A stretch of DNA of 64,000 nucleotides from Longimicrobiales bacterium (lineage in GTDB: Bacteria; Gemmatimonadota; Gemmatimonadetes; Longimicrobiales; Gaopeijiaceae): positions 2,048,001 to 2,112,000 of the forward strand of contig OZ241869.1 in assembly GCA_965202805.1 (NCBI GenBank), given 5' to 3'. The notes beneath the pieces are model-generated. The model did not search any database. It was not told where the DNA came from and saw only the letters and a program-made list of their open reading frames with translations. This document shows positions 48,024-57,869 of the stretch, one piece after another. Made by a program: the position numbers and the translations under genes. How positions within the stretch are numbered: position 1 is the first letter of the stretch; each line of letters opens with the position of its first letter.

Positions 48024-49139
48024 ATGCATGACTCGATCAGCAGCCTCACCCGGAATGGGGACGCCCTGTCCGCAGTCTGGGCCGGCGGCGAACGGACCGA
48101 CCTTCCCTACCTCTGGCTGCGCGACAATTGCGGGTGCAGCGAGTGCCGCGTCGTGCAGACCACCGAGAAGCGATTCCACCTCTTCCGGGTCGACAAGGAC
48201 CTGAGACCAGCGCAAGCCACCATCGAATGTGCCGGATCCGCCGACGAGGCGATCTCCATCGCCTGGCCGGACGGGCACCAATCGCGCTACCGCTCGAGCG
48301 AGATCCGCGGCCTCCTGAGCAGGCCTCGTTCCGACCTGCGCTACTGGGACGGCCGGTTCCAGCCGCGGAGGTTCGACTACCAGCGGTTCCTGGCGAGCGA
48401 CCGCGCGGCGGCGGAGCTGATCGAGGAGTTTCTGCAGACCGGCGTCTGCGTGCTGATCGACGCCCCCACCGAACCGGATTCGTCCGAGCAGCTCGCGCGC
48501 CGCCTGGGCCCCGTCCGCGAGGTGCTGTTCGAGCGCATCCACAACGTCGTGCTCGATCCGAAGGGATACAACATCGCGCACACGGGTCTGGCGGTCGCGG
48601 CGCATAACGACTTCACCAGCTACACCTGGCCGCCGAGCGTGCAGGCGCTGCACATGCTGGTGAACGAGTGCGAGGGCGGCGAATCCATCGTCGTGGACGG
48701 CTTCGGCCTGCTCAACGGGCTCCGCCGCGATCATCCCGACAAGTTCGACGTGCTGTGCGCGGTGCCGGTGCCGTTCCGCATCTTCAGCGAGCGATACGAG
48801 GTCTACGCGGCCAACCCCATGGTCGAGCTCGACAGCGCCGGCGAGGTCAGGCTGATGCGCTTCAACACCGCGCAGATGCAGGCCGTGCCTCTCTCGGAGC
48901 CGCGGCTGGGCGACTTCTACGCCGCGTACCACGAGCTTTCCAGGCGCGTGAATGACCCTGGCGCGCAGGTGACCTTCCGGTTGGAGGGCGGGCAGGTGCT
49001 GCTGTGCGCCGGGCACCGGGTGCTGCACGGTCGTACCGCGCTGCGTTCCAAGGGACAGCGCCACCTGCAGGACGCCTACTTCGAGCACGACAACGTGCGC
49101 ACCCACCTCAGGTGGCTGCGCCTCAGCGGCCGGATCTGA
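48024..49139 (+). CDS. Fe(II)/2-oxoglutarate dioxygenase, gamma-butyrobetaine hydroxylase-like (TauD/TfdA)
   Basis: N-terminal 'WLRDNCGCSEC...WPDGHQSRY'; 'HND' (HxD), 'VDGF', 'RVLHGR', 'RHLQDAY'; GAGGAGG RBS. Confidence 0.9.
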   Translation: MHDSISSLTRNGDALSAVWAGGERTDLPYLWLRDNCGCSECRVVQTTEKRFHLFRVDKDLRPAQATIECAGSADEAISIAWPDGHQSRYRSSEIRGLLSRPRSDLRYWDGRFQPRRFDYQRFLASDRAAAELIEEFLQTGVCVLIDAPTEPDSSEQLARRLGPVREVLFERIHNVVLDPKGYNIAHTGLAVAAHNDFTSYTWPPSVQALHMLVNECEGGESIVVDGFGLLNGLRRDHPDKFDVLCAVPVPFRIFSERYEVYAANPMVELDSAGEVRLMRFNTAQMQAVPLSEPRLGDFYAAYHELSRRVNDPGAQVTFRLEGGQVLLCAGHRVLHGRTALRSKGQRHLQDAYFEHDNVRTHLRWLRLSGRI

Positions 49140-49152
49140 AGGCCGAAGGCCC

Positions 49153-50052
49153 GTGGGGGACCACCCGCCGACTCCTTCTGAGACCGGGATTCAAGCTGCA
49201 CTCTCCGGCTTGTGCCTCGGCGCCTCGGTGGAGATCCTGCCGGGTCGGCTGCCGTCTCCGGAAGTCCTCGCCGGCCACCTCCCGCGCGGTGCCTCCGTCT
49301 ATATTCCGTTCCCTCCGAAGGGCCGGTGGTTCGATACCATCGACGCCTGTGAACAGGTGCTGGCGGCGGGCATGAAGCCGGTGCCCCATCTGCCGGCGCG
49401 CTCGGTGCAGAGCGCGGGCGAACTCGACGACTGGCTGGCCGCAGCGGTGGGGACGGGAGTGGACTCCCTGATGCTGGTGGCCGGAGACCGCGCCACACCC
49501 GCCGGCCCCTACCCCGATACGCCGGCCCTGCTCGACTCCGGGCTCCTCGCCAGGCACAATCTCCGGCGGTTCGGCGTCACCTCGTATCCGGAGGGGCACC
49601 CCCTGGTCGGCCAGACCGATCTGGATGCAGCACTCCGGCGCAAGACGGAATACGCCCGGACGACGGGTTCGGAACTCTGGATCGTAACCCAGTTCGTGTT
49701 CTCGCCTGCCCCGGCGCTCGCCTGGCTGGCGCGGACGAGGGACGCAGGTTGCACGCTGCCGGTTCGCATCGGCATGCCGGGGCCGGTCGCGCTGAAGACG
49801 CTGATCGGATACGCGGTCCGCTCCGGCGTCGTGGCGTCCGCGCGGGCGCTGAAGCGCAAGCCCGGCATCGCGCGGTTGGCGGGCAGATGGTCGCCGACCC
49901 CCATTGCCCTGGCGCTGGCCCGGCACCTGGCGGCACACGAGAACACGCTGGGCGTCGACATTCATCTGTTTACCTTCGGTGGGCCGGCGGACGCCGCCGA
50001 ATGGCTGTCAACTCTCCCCAATGAACTCTTTTGTTCGCCAGAATCGGGCTGA
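49153..50052 (+). CDS. Methylenetetrahydrofolate reductase-like protein
   Basis: 'PVPHLPAR', 'LVAGD', 'YPEGHP', 'IVTQFVF', 'RIGMPGP', 'HLFTFGG'. Confidence 0.85.
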   Translation: MGDHPPTPSETGIQAALSGLCLGASVEILPGRLPSPEVLAGHLPRGASVYIPFPPKGRWFDTIDACEQVLAAGMKPVPHLPARSVQSAGELDDWLAAAVGTGVDSLMLVAGDRATPAGPYPDTPALLDSGLLARHNLRRFGVTSYPEGHPLVGQTDLDAALRRKTEYARTTGSELWIVTQFVFSPAPALAWLARTRDAGCTLPVRIGMPGPVALKTLIGYAVRSGVVASARALKRKPGIARLAGRWSPTPIALALARHLAAHENTLGVDIHLFTFGGPADAAEWLSTLPNELFCSPESG

Positions 50053-50069
50053 TCCGGCAAACAAAAGAG
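50026..50069. repeat. 44-bp palindromic element copy 1 (CTCTTTTGTTCGCC-16nt-GGCAAACAAAAGAG)
   Basis: 13/14 arm pairing; overlaps the MetF-like gene end; homologous to 53777-53820. Confidence 0.75.
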
Positions 50070-50271
50070 GGGCCGGCGATGAAAGCTGCACTCCCCTGAT
50101 CTACGAGGACCTCCTGGCAGGCCGGCGGGAGTACAATTGTCGCGCCCATCCGGGTACTCTTGTGGCGCAGTTCGTGCAAGGTTCGGGGTTCGGGGGCGGT
50201 ACCAGGCCCGCCGGTGCGGCGGAGCCGGGGTCGCCAAGCCCGTCAGTGGCTACGGGAGGGACGTGGAAACG

Positions 50272-52608
50272 ATGTGCTCGCGATTCGCGGCGGGGACGCA
50301 GATCCTGCTTTCGCTCGTCGTCCTTGTCGCACCCCTGCCCGCATTCGCCCAGACGAACCAGCTGAGCGGTCGGATCCGGTCCGAGGACGGCCGTCCCGTC
50401 GAAGGGGCACTGGCGCAGGTCAACCCGGTTTCCGACTCGACGCGGGTCGAATACACCCTTTCGGATGAGCTCGGCTTCTTCGCCTTCCGCAATCTCGAGC
50501 CGGGCGCGCACGTGCTCAGAGTGACCCGAATCGGTTTCGAGGAATACCGGGAACAGGTGACCGTCGAGGCCGAGGGGACCGAAGTCGAGGTCGCCATGAC
50601 TTCGCAGGCCATCGAGATCGCGGGCATCACGGTCGAGGCCGAGCGCAGCCGCGCCAAGACCCGCTTCGAGGAGTCGGCCGGGATCACCGTGCAGGAGATC
50701 GAGGCCGCCGCCCTCAAGTCGCTCCCCATCATCGCCGAATCGGATCCGCTCCGGGCCATCGAGGTGCTTCCGGGCGTGACTACCGTTTCGGACTTCTCGG
50801 CGGCGTTCAACGTCCGCGGCGGCTCCGCCGACCAGAACCTCATCCTCCTCGACGAGGTGCCGATCTTCAACCCGTTCCACCTGGGGGGCATCTTCTCCGT
50901 GTTCAACGCGGACATGGTGGACCGGGTCGAGTTGCAGTCCGGAGGCTTCGCGGCCGAGTACGGCGGGCGGGTCTCTTCGGTGTTGACCATCGAGAGCGAT
51001 CCCGGGGACGGAGAGTTCGGGGTCGACGCGGGCATCAGCGTCCTGGCATCGCGCCTGGCGGTCAACGGAACGATTCCCGGGGGCGTCACCGAAAAACTGG
51101 GGTTCCAGACGACCCGCTGGCGCATGTCCGCGCGGCGTTCCTATCTGGACGTGCTCTTCAAGCCCTGGGTCGACTTCCCGTACCACATGTCGGACGTGCA
51201 GGGAGTCTTCGAGGCGTGGACGGGGCGCGGAAGCCGGCTCCGTTTCGTCGGGTACACGGGACGGGACGTCGTGGACCTCTCCGGAGTGGATGACACGCCT
51301 CTCCCGATCCGATGGTGGTGGGGGAACGACGCGATCGGCGGTTCGTGGACGCAGTCGATGAGCGGGGGCGCTTCGATGGCGGTTCGCGCCTCGCTGTCCC
51401 GCTTCGGATCCGATCTGTCCTTTCCGGAGGCCGACGCCGAGTTCAAGACCGGGGTCGAGCAGGCGAGCGTCGGCGCGGATCTCGAGTTGCTTCCCTCCTG
51501 GGCGACGCGCTGGAAGTCGGGGGTAAGCGCCAAGCAGGTCTCGTACGACAACGGCCTGCTGGGGGGCGGGTCGACCTTCCTGGACCAGGAGGGGAGTGGT
51601 GTCGAAATCGCCGGATACAGCCAGGTGCACTGGGACCCCAGTCCGAACTGGCTGGTGGAGGGTGGCGTCCGTGCGGACTACTGGCGGCCGAACGCAGGTG
51701 AAACCGAAGCGACACTCTCGCCCCGGTTCGCCGTGCGGCGCTTCCTGCGCGACAGGAACTCGGCGGTGCGCCTGGCGGCGGGCCGGTACAGCCAGTTCAT
51801 CCACTCGACCCGGGACGAGGAGTTCCCCTTCGGGATCGACACCTGGGTGCTGGCGGGCGCGGAGGCCCCGCGCATCGTGTCCGACCAGGTGCAGGTAGGC
51901 GCCGAGACCTTCTTCGGCGAGGACGACGACTGGTTCGCGTCGCTCGAAGGCTATTACCGCACCTTCGACGGGGTCGCCGCGGTCAATGCGGTCGACGATC
52001 CCAACGACGACTCGGACGCGCTGGTGGCCGGAGATGGCGATGCCTACGGCGTGGACCTCTACGTGAAGAGGGACCGGGGCACGACCACCGGCTGGCTCTC
52101 CGTCTCGTTCCTGAAGACCCTCCGGTCCTTCCCGGACACCCGCGTCGGCATCGAGCCCAAGCCCCTGATCACCTATCCCCCGGTTTTCGACCGCCGCTTC
52201 GAAGTCGATCTCGCCCTGCGCCGGCCCCTCGACTGGTGGGGGCTCGAAATCGGCGTCAGGGCCAATTTCGGAACCGGACTGCCGTTCACCAGGCCGCTCG
52301 GCACCTACCACGTATATCGCAGCCAGCTGACCAGCGGCGTCGCGGATCCCGACGATGAGAATGCGGTGCTGCTCGGGCCGCGAAACGGCGCGCGCTACCC
52401 GTCCAGGCACCGGCTGGACCTGTCGTTCCGCAAGACCATCACGAAGGGGTGGGGCACGATGACGCCCTACCTGAGCGTGATCAACGTGACCAACAAGAAG
52501 AACGCGCTGTTCTACTTCTACAACTACGACGCCTCGCCCCCGACCCGGGAGGGCGTGTCGATGATCCCGCTCCTTCCCACGCTGGGCCTCGAGGCCTCGT
52601 TCCGGTGA
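50272..52608 (+). CDS. TonB-dependent receptor with N-terminal carboxypeptidase-regulatory-like domain
   Basis: Signal peptide; plug 'LPGV...NVRGGSADQNLILLD', 'AEYGGRVSSVL'; C-terminal barrel strand 'LGLEASFR'. Confidence 0.9.
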   Translation: MCSRFAAGTQILLSLVVLVAPLPAFAQTNQLSGRIRSEDGRPVEGALAQVNPVSDSTRVEYTLSDELGFFAFRNLEPGAHVLRVTRIGFEEYREQVTVEAEGTEVEVAMTSQAIEIAGITVEAERSRAKTRFEESAGITVQEIEAAALKSLPIIAESDPLRAIEVLPGVTTVSDFSAAFNVRGGSADQNLILLDEVPIFNPFHLGGIFSVFNADMVDRVELQSGGFAAEYGGRVSSVLTIESDPGDGEFGVDAGISVLASRLAVNGTIPGGVTEKLGFQTTRWRMSARRSYLDVLFKPWVDFPYHMSDVQGVFEAWTGRGSRLRFVGYTGRDVVDLSGVDDTPLPIRWWWGNDAIGGSWTQSMSGGASMAVRASLSRFGSDLSFPEADAEFKTGVEQASVGADLELLPSWATRWKSGVSAKQVSYDNGLLGGGSTFLDQEGSGVEIAGYSQVHWDPSPNWLVEGGVRADYWRPNAGETEATLSPRFAVRRFLRDRNSAVRLAAGRYSQFIHSTRDEEFPFGIDTWVLAGAEAPRIVSDQVQVGAETFFGEDDDWFASLEGYYRTFDGVAAVNAVDDPNDDSDALVAGDGDAYGVDLYVKRDRGTTTGWLSVSFLKTLRSFPDTRVGIEPKPLITYPPVFDRRFEVDLALRRPLDWWGLEIGVRANFGTGLPFTRPLGTYHVYRSQLTSGVADPDDENAVLLGPRNGARYPSRHRLDLSFRKTITKGWGTMTPYLSVINVTNKKNALFYFYNYDASPPTREGVSMIPLLPTLGLEASFR

Positions 52609-53684
52609 TGGGCGGAGCGGGTTGGTCCAGTAGGCCCACGCGCGCGAGACACCCGGACGTCCGCCAGCAGTTGCGCCTGCCGCTCGGCCGATCGCGGCGG
52701 CCCCGCGGGTCGGGTCCGTGTGCGGCCCTGAGCGCCCTGGCGGCGACGGCCGTCCTGCTGGGAGGTTGTGAACTCACCGAGGTGACGCTCGCGGAATCGG
52801 ACGACGTGGTGATCGCCGAGACGCGGCTCGTCCTGAATCTCGAGAGCGGGGACCGGGCAGCGTCCCTGGATGCGTACACGTACCTGCACCGTACGCTCAG
52901 CGCCGCGCGCGGGGACGAGGTGGAGGGAGCCATCGTGCGCCTGTCCGGTGCGTCGGGCGGAGTCGTTCATCTCGATCCGACGAACGACGGCAACGCGTGC
53001 CTCAGCTACGACCCGGACGAACCAAACGAGGATGTCGGTTCCTGTTACCGGGCGGTCGTCTCCCCTTCCCCCTTCGCTCCCCGCGAGGTCATCGAACTCG
53101 AGGTGACCCTGGCCGACGGCGGCACCCTCACCGCATCCAGCCGAATCCCCGGCCCCTTCGACTTCGTCGGGCTCACCCACGAGGACGGGCACTGCCGCAT
53201 CGAGCCCGATACCAACTACCGATTCAACTGGACCGAGGCGGCGGGCACGTGGTCGTACCTGTCCGACACCTGGATCAGGGGATTGCCCGAGGCCCTGGCC
53301 GGGCGGGACATCGAGGTGCCCGACTCGGTATACCTGACCGGTTTCGGGATCGGCCGGGAGGACACGGATGTCCTCTTCCCCGGGGAATACGGGCTGTTCG
53401 ACATAGTCGACGACGTCGAGACCGACCTGCTGCGCATTCTCGACGACGGCCTCCCCGGCGGCGCCTGGGGCCGGATCGCGTTCGCCGCCACCGACCGAAA
53501 CTGGGTGAACTGGATCCGGGGCGGAAACTTCAACCCTTCGGGGATCATCCGAATCCCCTCCGTCTTCGGAGAAGGGACCGGCTTCTTCGGCACGGCGACG
53601 CAGCGCGTGCTCCACGTCCGGGCTGCCCCCGGCGGCGACGGCATGCCGCCGCTCTGCGGACCTACCGCGCCTCCGGATTCCTGA
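52608..53684 (+). CDS. DUF4249-like lipoprotein partner of the TonB receptor
   Basis: TGATG coupling; lipobox 'LGGC'; C-terminal 'SVFGEGTGFFG'. Confidence 0.65.
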   Translation: MGGAGWSSRPTRARHPDVRQQLRLPLGRSRRPRGSGPCAALSALAATAVLLGGCELTEVTLAESDDVVIAETRLVLNLESGDRAASLDAYTYLHRTLSAARGDEVEGAIVRLSGASGGVVHLDPTNDGNACLSYDPDEPNEDVGSCYRAVVSPSPFAPREVIELEVTLADGGTLTASSRIPGPFDFVGLTHEDGHCRIEPDTNYRFNWTEAAGTWSYLSDTWIRGLPEALAGRDIEVPDSVYLTGFGIGREDTDVLFPGEYGLFDIVDDVETDLLRILDDGLPGGAWGRIAFAATDRNWVNWIRGGNFNPSGIIRIPSVFGEGTGFFGTATQRVLHVRAAPGGDGMPPLCGPTAPPDS

Positions 53685-53772
53685 GAGACCGCATACGCCG
53701 GACTGCCTCGGGTACGCAGATCGGCTCGTGATCAAGCCGCGCGACCCCTGGAAGACATAGTCCACTCCCATG

Positions 53773-53824
53773 GACCCTCTTTTGTCCGCCACTTTTCGGC
53801 TGTTGTGGCGGACAAAAGAGGGTC
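53773..53824. repeat. Palindromic element copy 2: perfect 20-bp inverted repeat, 12-nt loop; likely bidirectional terminator or REP-like
   Basis: gaccctcttttgtccgccac-ttttcggctgtt-gtggcggacaaaagagggtc between convergent genes. Confidence 0.8.
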
Positions 53825-53879
53825 GCGGGTGAATGATGCCCGCAGTGTGCCCCAGCGGGGGTCGAACCGTGTTCGCGCC

Positions 53880-56030
53880 CTAAGGCGCCAGCGGGTCCGG
53901 CCGCAACTGGAACTGGAGGACCTTGCTGGGCGTTCCCTTGCCGCCCTCCATGTGGAAGGGCGCGCGCGTGCTCACGGTCGCCCACAGGCCCCTTCCCTTC
54001 CATCCCCCGTCCGGGTCGTCGATGCGGCCGTCCAGCCACTTGGTGTAGAAGCCGAGCGGATAGGGGACCCGCAGAACGATCCATTCACCGTCCACGAGGG
54101 CCAGCAGCCCTTCGGAGGCGTTGCCGGTGTTGATGGGCACGTTATCGCCCAGCCCGAAGACGTTGAACTGGTCGACCCAGGTGTAGTAGCTCGCCTCGGC
54201 GCTGCCGGGAGCGGTCACACCCCGGATCTGCGGGAGCGGCTCCCGGTGGAAGGTCCAGCCCTCCGGGCAATGCTGGCCCGTGGCCTCCGGACCGTTGAGC
54301 GGCCCCGTGCACTTCGTGCGGTCGAAGCTGGCCATGTGCCCGCTGGCGAGCGCCACCCACATCACCCCGTTGCGGTCGATGTCCCCGCCGCGGGGCGAGA
54401 ACCCTTCGATGGGCGCGCCCGAGACGTCGAGCGGCAGCTCGTACAGCTCCGCGAGCGCCGTCGCCGGGGGGTTCGGACCCGGATCCAGCCGGACCACCGC
54501 CCCCGGGTAACCGAGTGACGTCGCCCACACTGACCCGTCCGGAGCAGGCGCGACGGAGTAGAAGCCCGCCACGACCCGCTTGTCCATCGCGGGGTCGACC
54601 GGCTCGTCGGGCTCGACGTAGTCGTCGCGCCGGCCGTTGCCGTTTGTGTCCAGGATGAGCGCGGTCCAGCCCTGCGAGGCCTCCTCGTCGCCGGTCTCCT
54701 CGAACATCCTCGTATTGAGCCAGCCCACGACCTGTCCGCCGCCACTCGTCCAGAGCGTGTTGTCCTCGTCCTCGGCGAACATGAGATGGTGCGTGCTGAA
54801 GCAGGTGCGGATATGGGTGAGCTCCTGCGTCTCCGGGTCCCAGAGCTGGAGATGGCGCCGGGCGCTGTTCGTCGGAAAGAGCCTCGCCGACGGGTGGTCC
54901 GACCCCTCGCGACAGAAGTCCGGATTCGCGGGCGGAGCCACCGTGGAGGTGAGCCAGAGCCGCCCCCGCTCGTCCAACATCGGGTTGTGGACGTTGTTCT
55001 TGCTCGTCCAGATGACTTCGTCTCCCCAGTAGGGCGAGGGCTCGGGCATGCCCGGACCCGATGCGGGCTGCGTGCTCGCATCGCGCACCGTCAGCGGGAT
55101 CCGGGTCGCCGCGTGGTCCACCGGATCCAGCACCGGCACATAGTCCGCGCTGGCCTCGAGCGCCCCGTAGATGGGACCATAGGCGTTGACCGTCGGATCG
55201 CGCCGGTCGGTGGAGACCTCGTCGTGGAGGTAAGCCCTGGGATCGGCCCAGTCCCACAGCGTGACGACCACGTTGCGCTCGATGCCCTCGGGCCGCGGAG
55301 GCGCCTCCGCCGGCACTTCGCCCGCCGCGATGCGGTCGGTCCAGTCCGCGAACATCTCGAGCATCCGCTGCCGGCCCATGCGGTTGAAGCCGCCGCTCAT
55401 GCCCCCGCCGGCCTGCCCCGACTTGATGCGCCGGTCCCAAGCGTCCACCGAGGAGGCGAACTCGCCCAGTTCCGCCGGGATGTTGCGGGTGCCGAGGCCG
55501 CCCATCTGATGGCAGGCCGTGCAGTTGCCCGACTTCAGGAGCCGCATGAGCTGCGCCTGGTGCTCAAGGTTGGGCGAGATCCCGTTCCCCTCGTCACCGG
55601 TTCCCGGGAACTCGTGCTCCTCCGGCACCTGGAGCAGCGACAGCCAGTAGCCTGCGGGGTAGTATTCCGCGGCTGCGCGGGCGTCGGGCGCCGGCACCGC
55701 GGTCAGGTCCAGGGCCGCGCCCGGCGAGGCGCCCACCTTGTCCGAATCCACCAGGCCGTACCCGCGCACCCACACCTCATAGCTCGCCTCGGGCAGGTCG
55801 GGAATCAGGTATCGCCCCTCGTCGTCGGTTACGACGATCCGGGCGAAGCGGGTGGGGAGGTCGAGCGTCTCCGCGATCACCCAGACGCCGGCTTCGGGAC
55901 CGTTCGCGCCGGTCACGACGCCGCTGATGTCGTCGGCATCAATGGCGGGTGTGTCGGCAGCGGGTTCGCAGGCGGTGAGCGCGGTCAGGGCCGCGACTGC
56001 GCCCGCGCAAAAAATACGCCAATTCCTCAT
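53880..56030 (-). CDS. Lipoprotein with carboxypeptidase-regulatory-like domain, single CxxCH heme-c motif and beta-propeller
   Basis: Lipobox 'LTAC'; 'GPEAGVWVIAET...VTDDEGRY...WVRGYGLVDS'; 'CTACHQ'; GGAGG 6 nt before ATG. Confidence 0.8.
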   Translation of the reverse strand: MRNWRIFCAGAVAALTALTACEPAADTPAIDADDISGVVTGANGPEAGVWVIAETLDLPTRFARIVVTDDEGRYLIPDLPEASYEVWVRGYGLVDSDKVGASPGAALDLTAVPAPDARAAAEYYPAGYWLSLLQVPEEHEFPGTGDEGNGISPNLEHQAQLMRLLKSGNCTACHQMGGLGTRNIPAELGEFASSVDAWDRRIKSGQAGGGMSGGFNRMGRQRMLEMFADWTDRIAAGEVPAEAPPRPEGIERNVVVTLWDWADPRAYLHDEVSTDRRDPTVNAYGPIYGALEASADYVPVLDPVDHAATRIPLTVRDASTQPASGPGMPEPSPYWGDEVIWTSKNNVHNPMLDERGRLWLTSTVAPPANPDFCREGSDHPSARLFPTNSARRHLQLWDPETQELTHIRTCFSTHHLMFAEDEDNTLWTSGGGQVVGWLNTRMFEETGDEEASQGWTALILDTNGNGRRDDYVEPDEPVDPAMDKRVVAGFYSVAPAPDGSVWATSLGYPGAVVRLDPGPNPPATALAELYELPLDVSGAPIEGFSPRGGDIDRNGVMWVALASGHMASFDRTKCTGPLNGPEATGQHCPEGWTFHREPLPQIRGVTAPGSAEASYYTWVDQFNVFGLGDNVPINTGNASEGLLALVDGEWIVLRVPYPLGFYTKWLDGRIDDPDGGWKGRGLWATVSTRAPFHMEGGKGTPSKVLQFQLRPDPLAP

Positions 56031-56177
56031 GTCCATCCTCCCGCTCAGGCCTTCCCGAGACACACAACCCGGGTACTCTGATTGATAGGCGGGAGCGTGA
56101 TGGCGGGCCAGCGACGAGGGTTCGTGTGTAGTACAGATCACAGAGTGGCAACGGTCGTCAAGCAGGAGACGCGGTAG

Positions 56178-56621
56178 ATGTCACACACAGGGCGATCGCC
56201 TGGTAGCCCGGAGAGGAAACCGAAACTCCTCTCCGGCGGCAACCCCCAGATCCCGAAGGGCGACGGGGACGCGCCCGTGCAGGCCTACCTCGCGGCCATG
56301 CCCGGCTGGAAGCGCGACGTCGGCCGCTACCTCGACGGGCTGATCGAGCGCAGCGTGCCCGATGTCCGCAAGGCGGTCAGATGGAACTCGCCCTTCTACG
56401 GCATCGAGGAGCAGGGCTGGTTCCTCGCCTTCCACTGTTTCACCAAATACGTCAAGGTGACCTTCCTCAACGGTGCCTCGCTGCGCCCCGTTCCGCCGGT
56501 GGCGTCAAGGCACGAGCACGTGCGCTATTTCCACATCCACGAGGAAGACGAGCCCGACGAGGAGCTCCTGGTGAGCTGGATCAGGCAGGCGTCGGCGCTG
56601 CCGGGAGAGAAGGTCTTCTAG
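56178..56621 (+). CDS. DUF1801 (YdhG-like) protein
   Basis: 'LSGGNPQIPKGDGDAPVQAY', 'AVRWNSPFYG', 'YVKVTF.NG'. Confidence 0.88.
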   Translation: MSHTGRSPGSPERKPKLLSGGNPQIPKGDGDAPVQAYLAAMPGWKRDVGRYLDGLIERSVPDVRKAVRWNSPFYGIEEQGWFLAFHCFTKYVKVTFLNGASLRPVPPVASRHEHVRYFHIHEEDEPDEELLVSWIRQASALPGEKVF

Positions 56622-57769
56622 TCGCGTCGGGCCGGAACATTCGCGAAGAGGCCGTTCTGAGTCCCTGAATTCGCGGTCACGATGTCGGGGAACCCGTCGC
56701 CGTTCAGATCCCCGATCCCCAGCCCGTAGGTCGAGCAGTCCGCGCACCCGAAGCGGAACTCGTCGAACGCCGAGGGCCCGCCGCCCAGGTTGAAGTAGAC
56801 CGCGTTCCGCGCGCCCACGTTCGCAACGACGATGTCCGCGTCCCCGTCGAGGTCCAGGTCCGCGAGATGGACCGCGTAGCTCTCGTCGTCGGCCGGTCCG
56901 AACGGCATGCTGCGCTCGAACCGTCCCGATCCGTCACCGAAGTACACGCCGTTCGGCTCGCCGATGTTCGCCGTCACGATGTCCAGGACACCGTCGCCGT
57001 CCATGTCGCCCACCGCCACACCGCGCGTCTCGTCGCTCCCGGTTCCGTACCCGCTCACCCGTTCGAAGCTGCCGCCATCGTTCCAGTGGATGGTGTTCGC
57101 TCCACCGTCCCGGTTGGCGAGCACGAGATCCGGGTCCCCGTCGCCGTCGAGGTCCGCGGCGACGACATCGATCGTAGAGTCGTCCCCGGCCCCGAACGGC
57201 GTTCGCTCGCGGAAGGCTCCCGAGCCGTCTCCATGGAAGATGAAGTTCTGGCGGCCGCGGTTCACCACCAGGATGTCCACGTGCCCATCCCCGTCCAGAT
57301 CGGCCAGCGTCAGGCTTCGCGTCGAACTTGGGGTGCCGAAGGCGGCGCCGGCCTCGAATCGGCCTGTTCCGTCGTTGAAGAAGATGAGGTTGCGCGTGCG
57401 ATCGTTCCCCACCGCGACATCCAGGTCTCCGTCGCCATCGAAATCGGCGAGCGGGACGGCGTAGCTGCCCGCCTCTTCCTCCCCCAGCCGCCGCGCCAGC
57501 GTGAAGGCGGCTCGTCCATCGTTGAGGTAGACCCGGTTCTGCCCGGGCCAGTGGCGGCCGTTGGCGACGACCACGTCGAGTGCCCCGTCGGCGTTCACGT
57601 CGCCCAGGCTCACCGAGGCCGTCAGCTCGCTGCCTCCGCCCAGGGGTCTGAGGGGGCGGAAGGTGCGGTCCTGGCCCACCAGGGGGGTCGCGGCGAGGGC
57701 GAATGCGAGAACAAGGGCTGCTGCGACTACTTTAAGGATGCACGGCTCATCGATGGCCGGATGCCTCAT
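56618..57769 (-). CDS. FG-GAP/VCBS repeat (integrin-like beta-propeller) secreted protein
   Basis: Seven 'D(L/F/M/V)(D/N)xDGxxD..VAN' Ca-binding blades. Confidence 0.9.
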   Translation of the reverse strand: MRHPAIDEPCILKVVAAALVLAFALAATPLVGQDRTFRPLRPLGGGSELTASVSLGDVNADGALDVVVANGRHWPGQNRVYLNDGRAAFTLARRLGEEEAGSYAVPLADFDGDGDLDVAVGNDRTRNLIFFNDGTGRFEAGAAFGTPSSTRSLTLADLDGDGHVDILVVNRGRQNFIFHGDGSGAFRERTPFGAGDDSTIDVVAADLDGDGDPDLVLANRDGGANTIHWNDGGSFERVSGYGTGSDETRGVAVGDMDGDGVLDIVTANIGEPNGVYFGDGSGRFERSMPFGPADDESYAVHLADLDLDGDADIVVANVGARNAVYFNLGGGPSAFDEFRFGCADCSTYGLGIGDLNGDGFPDIVTANSGTQNGLFANVPARRD

Positions 57770-57869
57770 GTCTTCCTCCTCTCTGCCTCGCGTGCGTCTG
57801 ACGTTGCCGCTCCAGGGTTCCCACTGAGAATTCGAGTAAGGCAGGGCTGTCTTGCGGAAGCGTCGCCCC

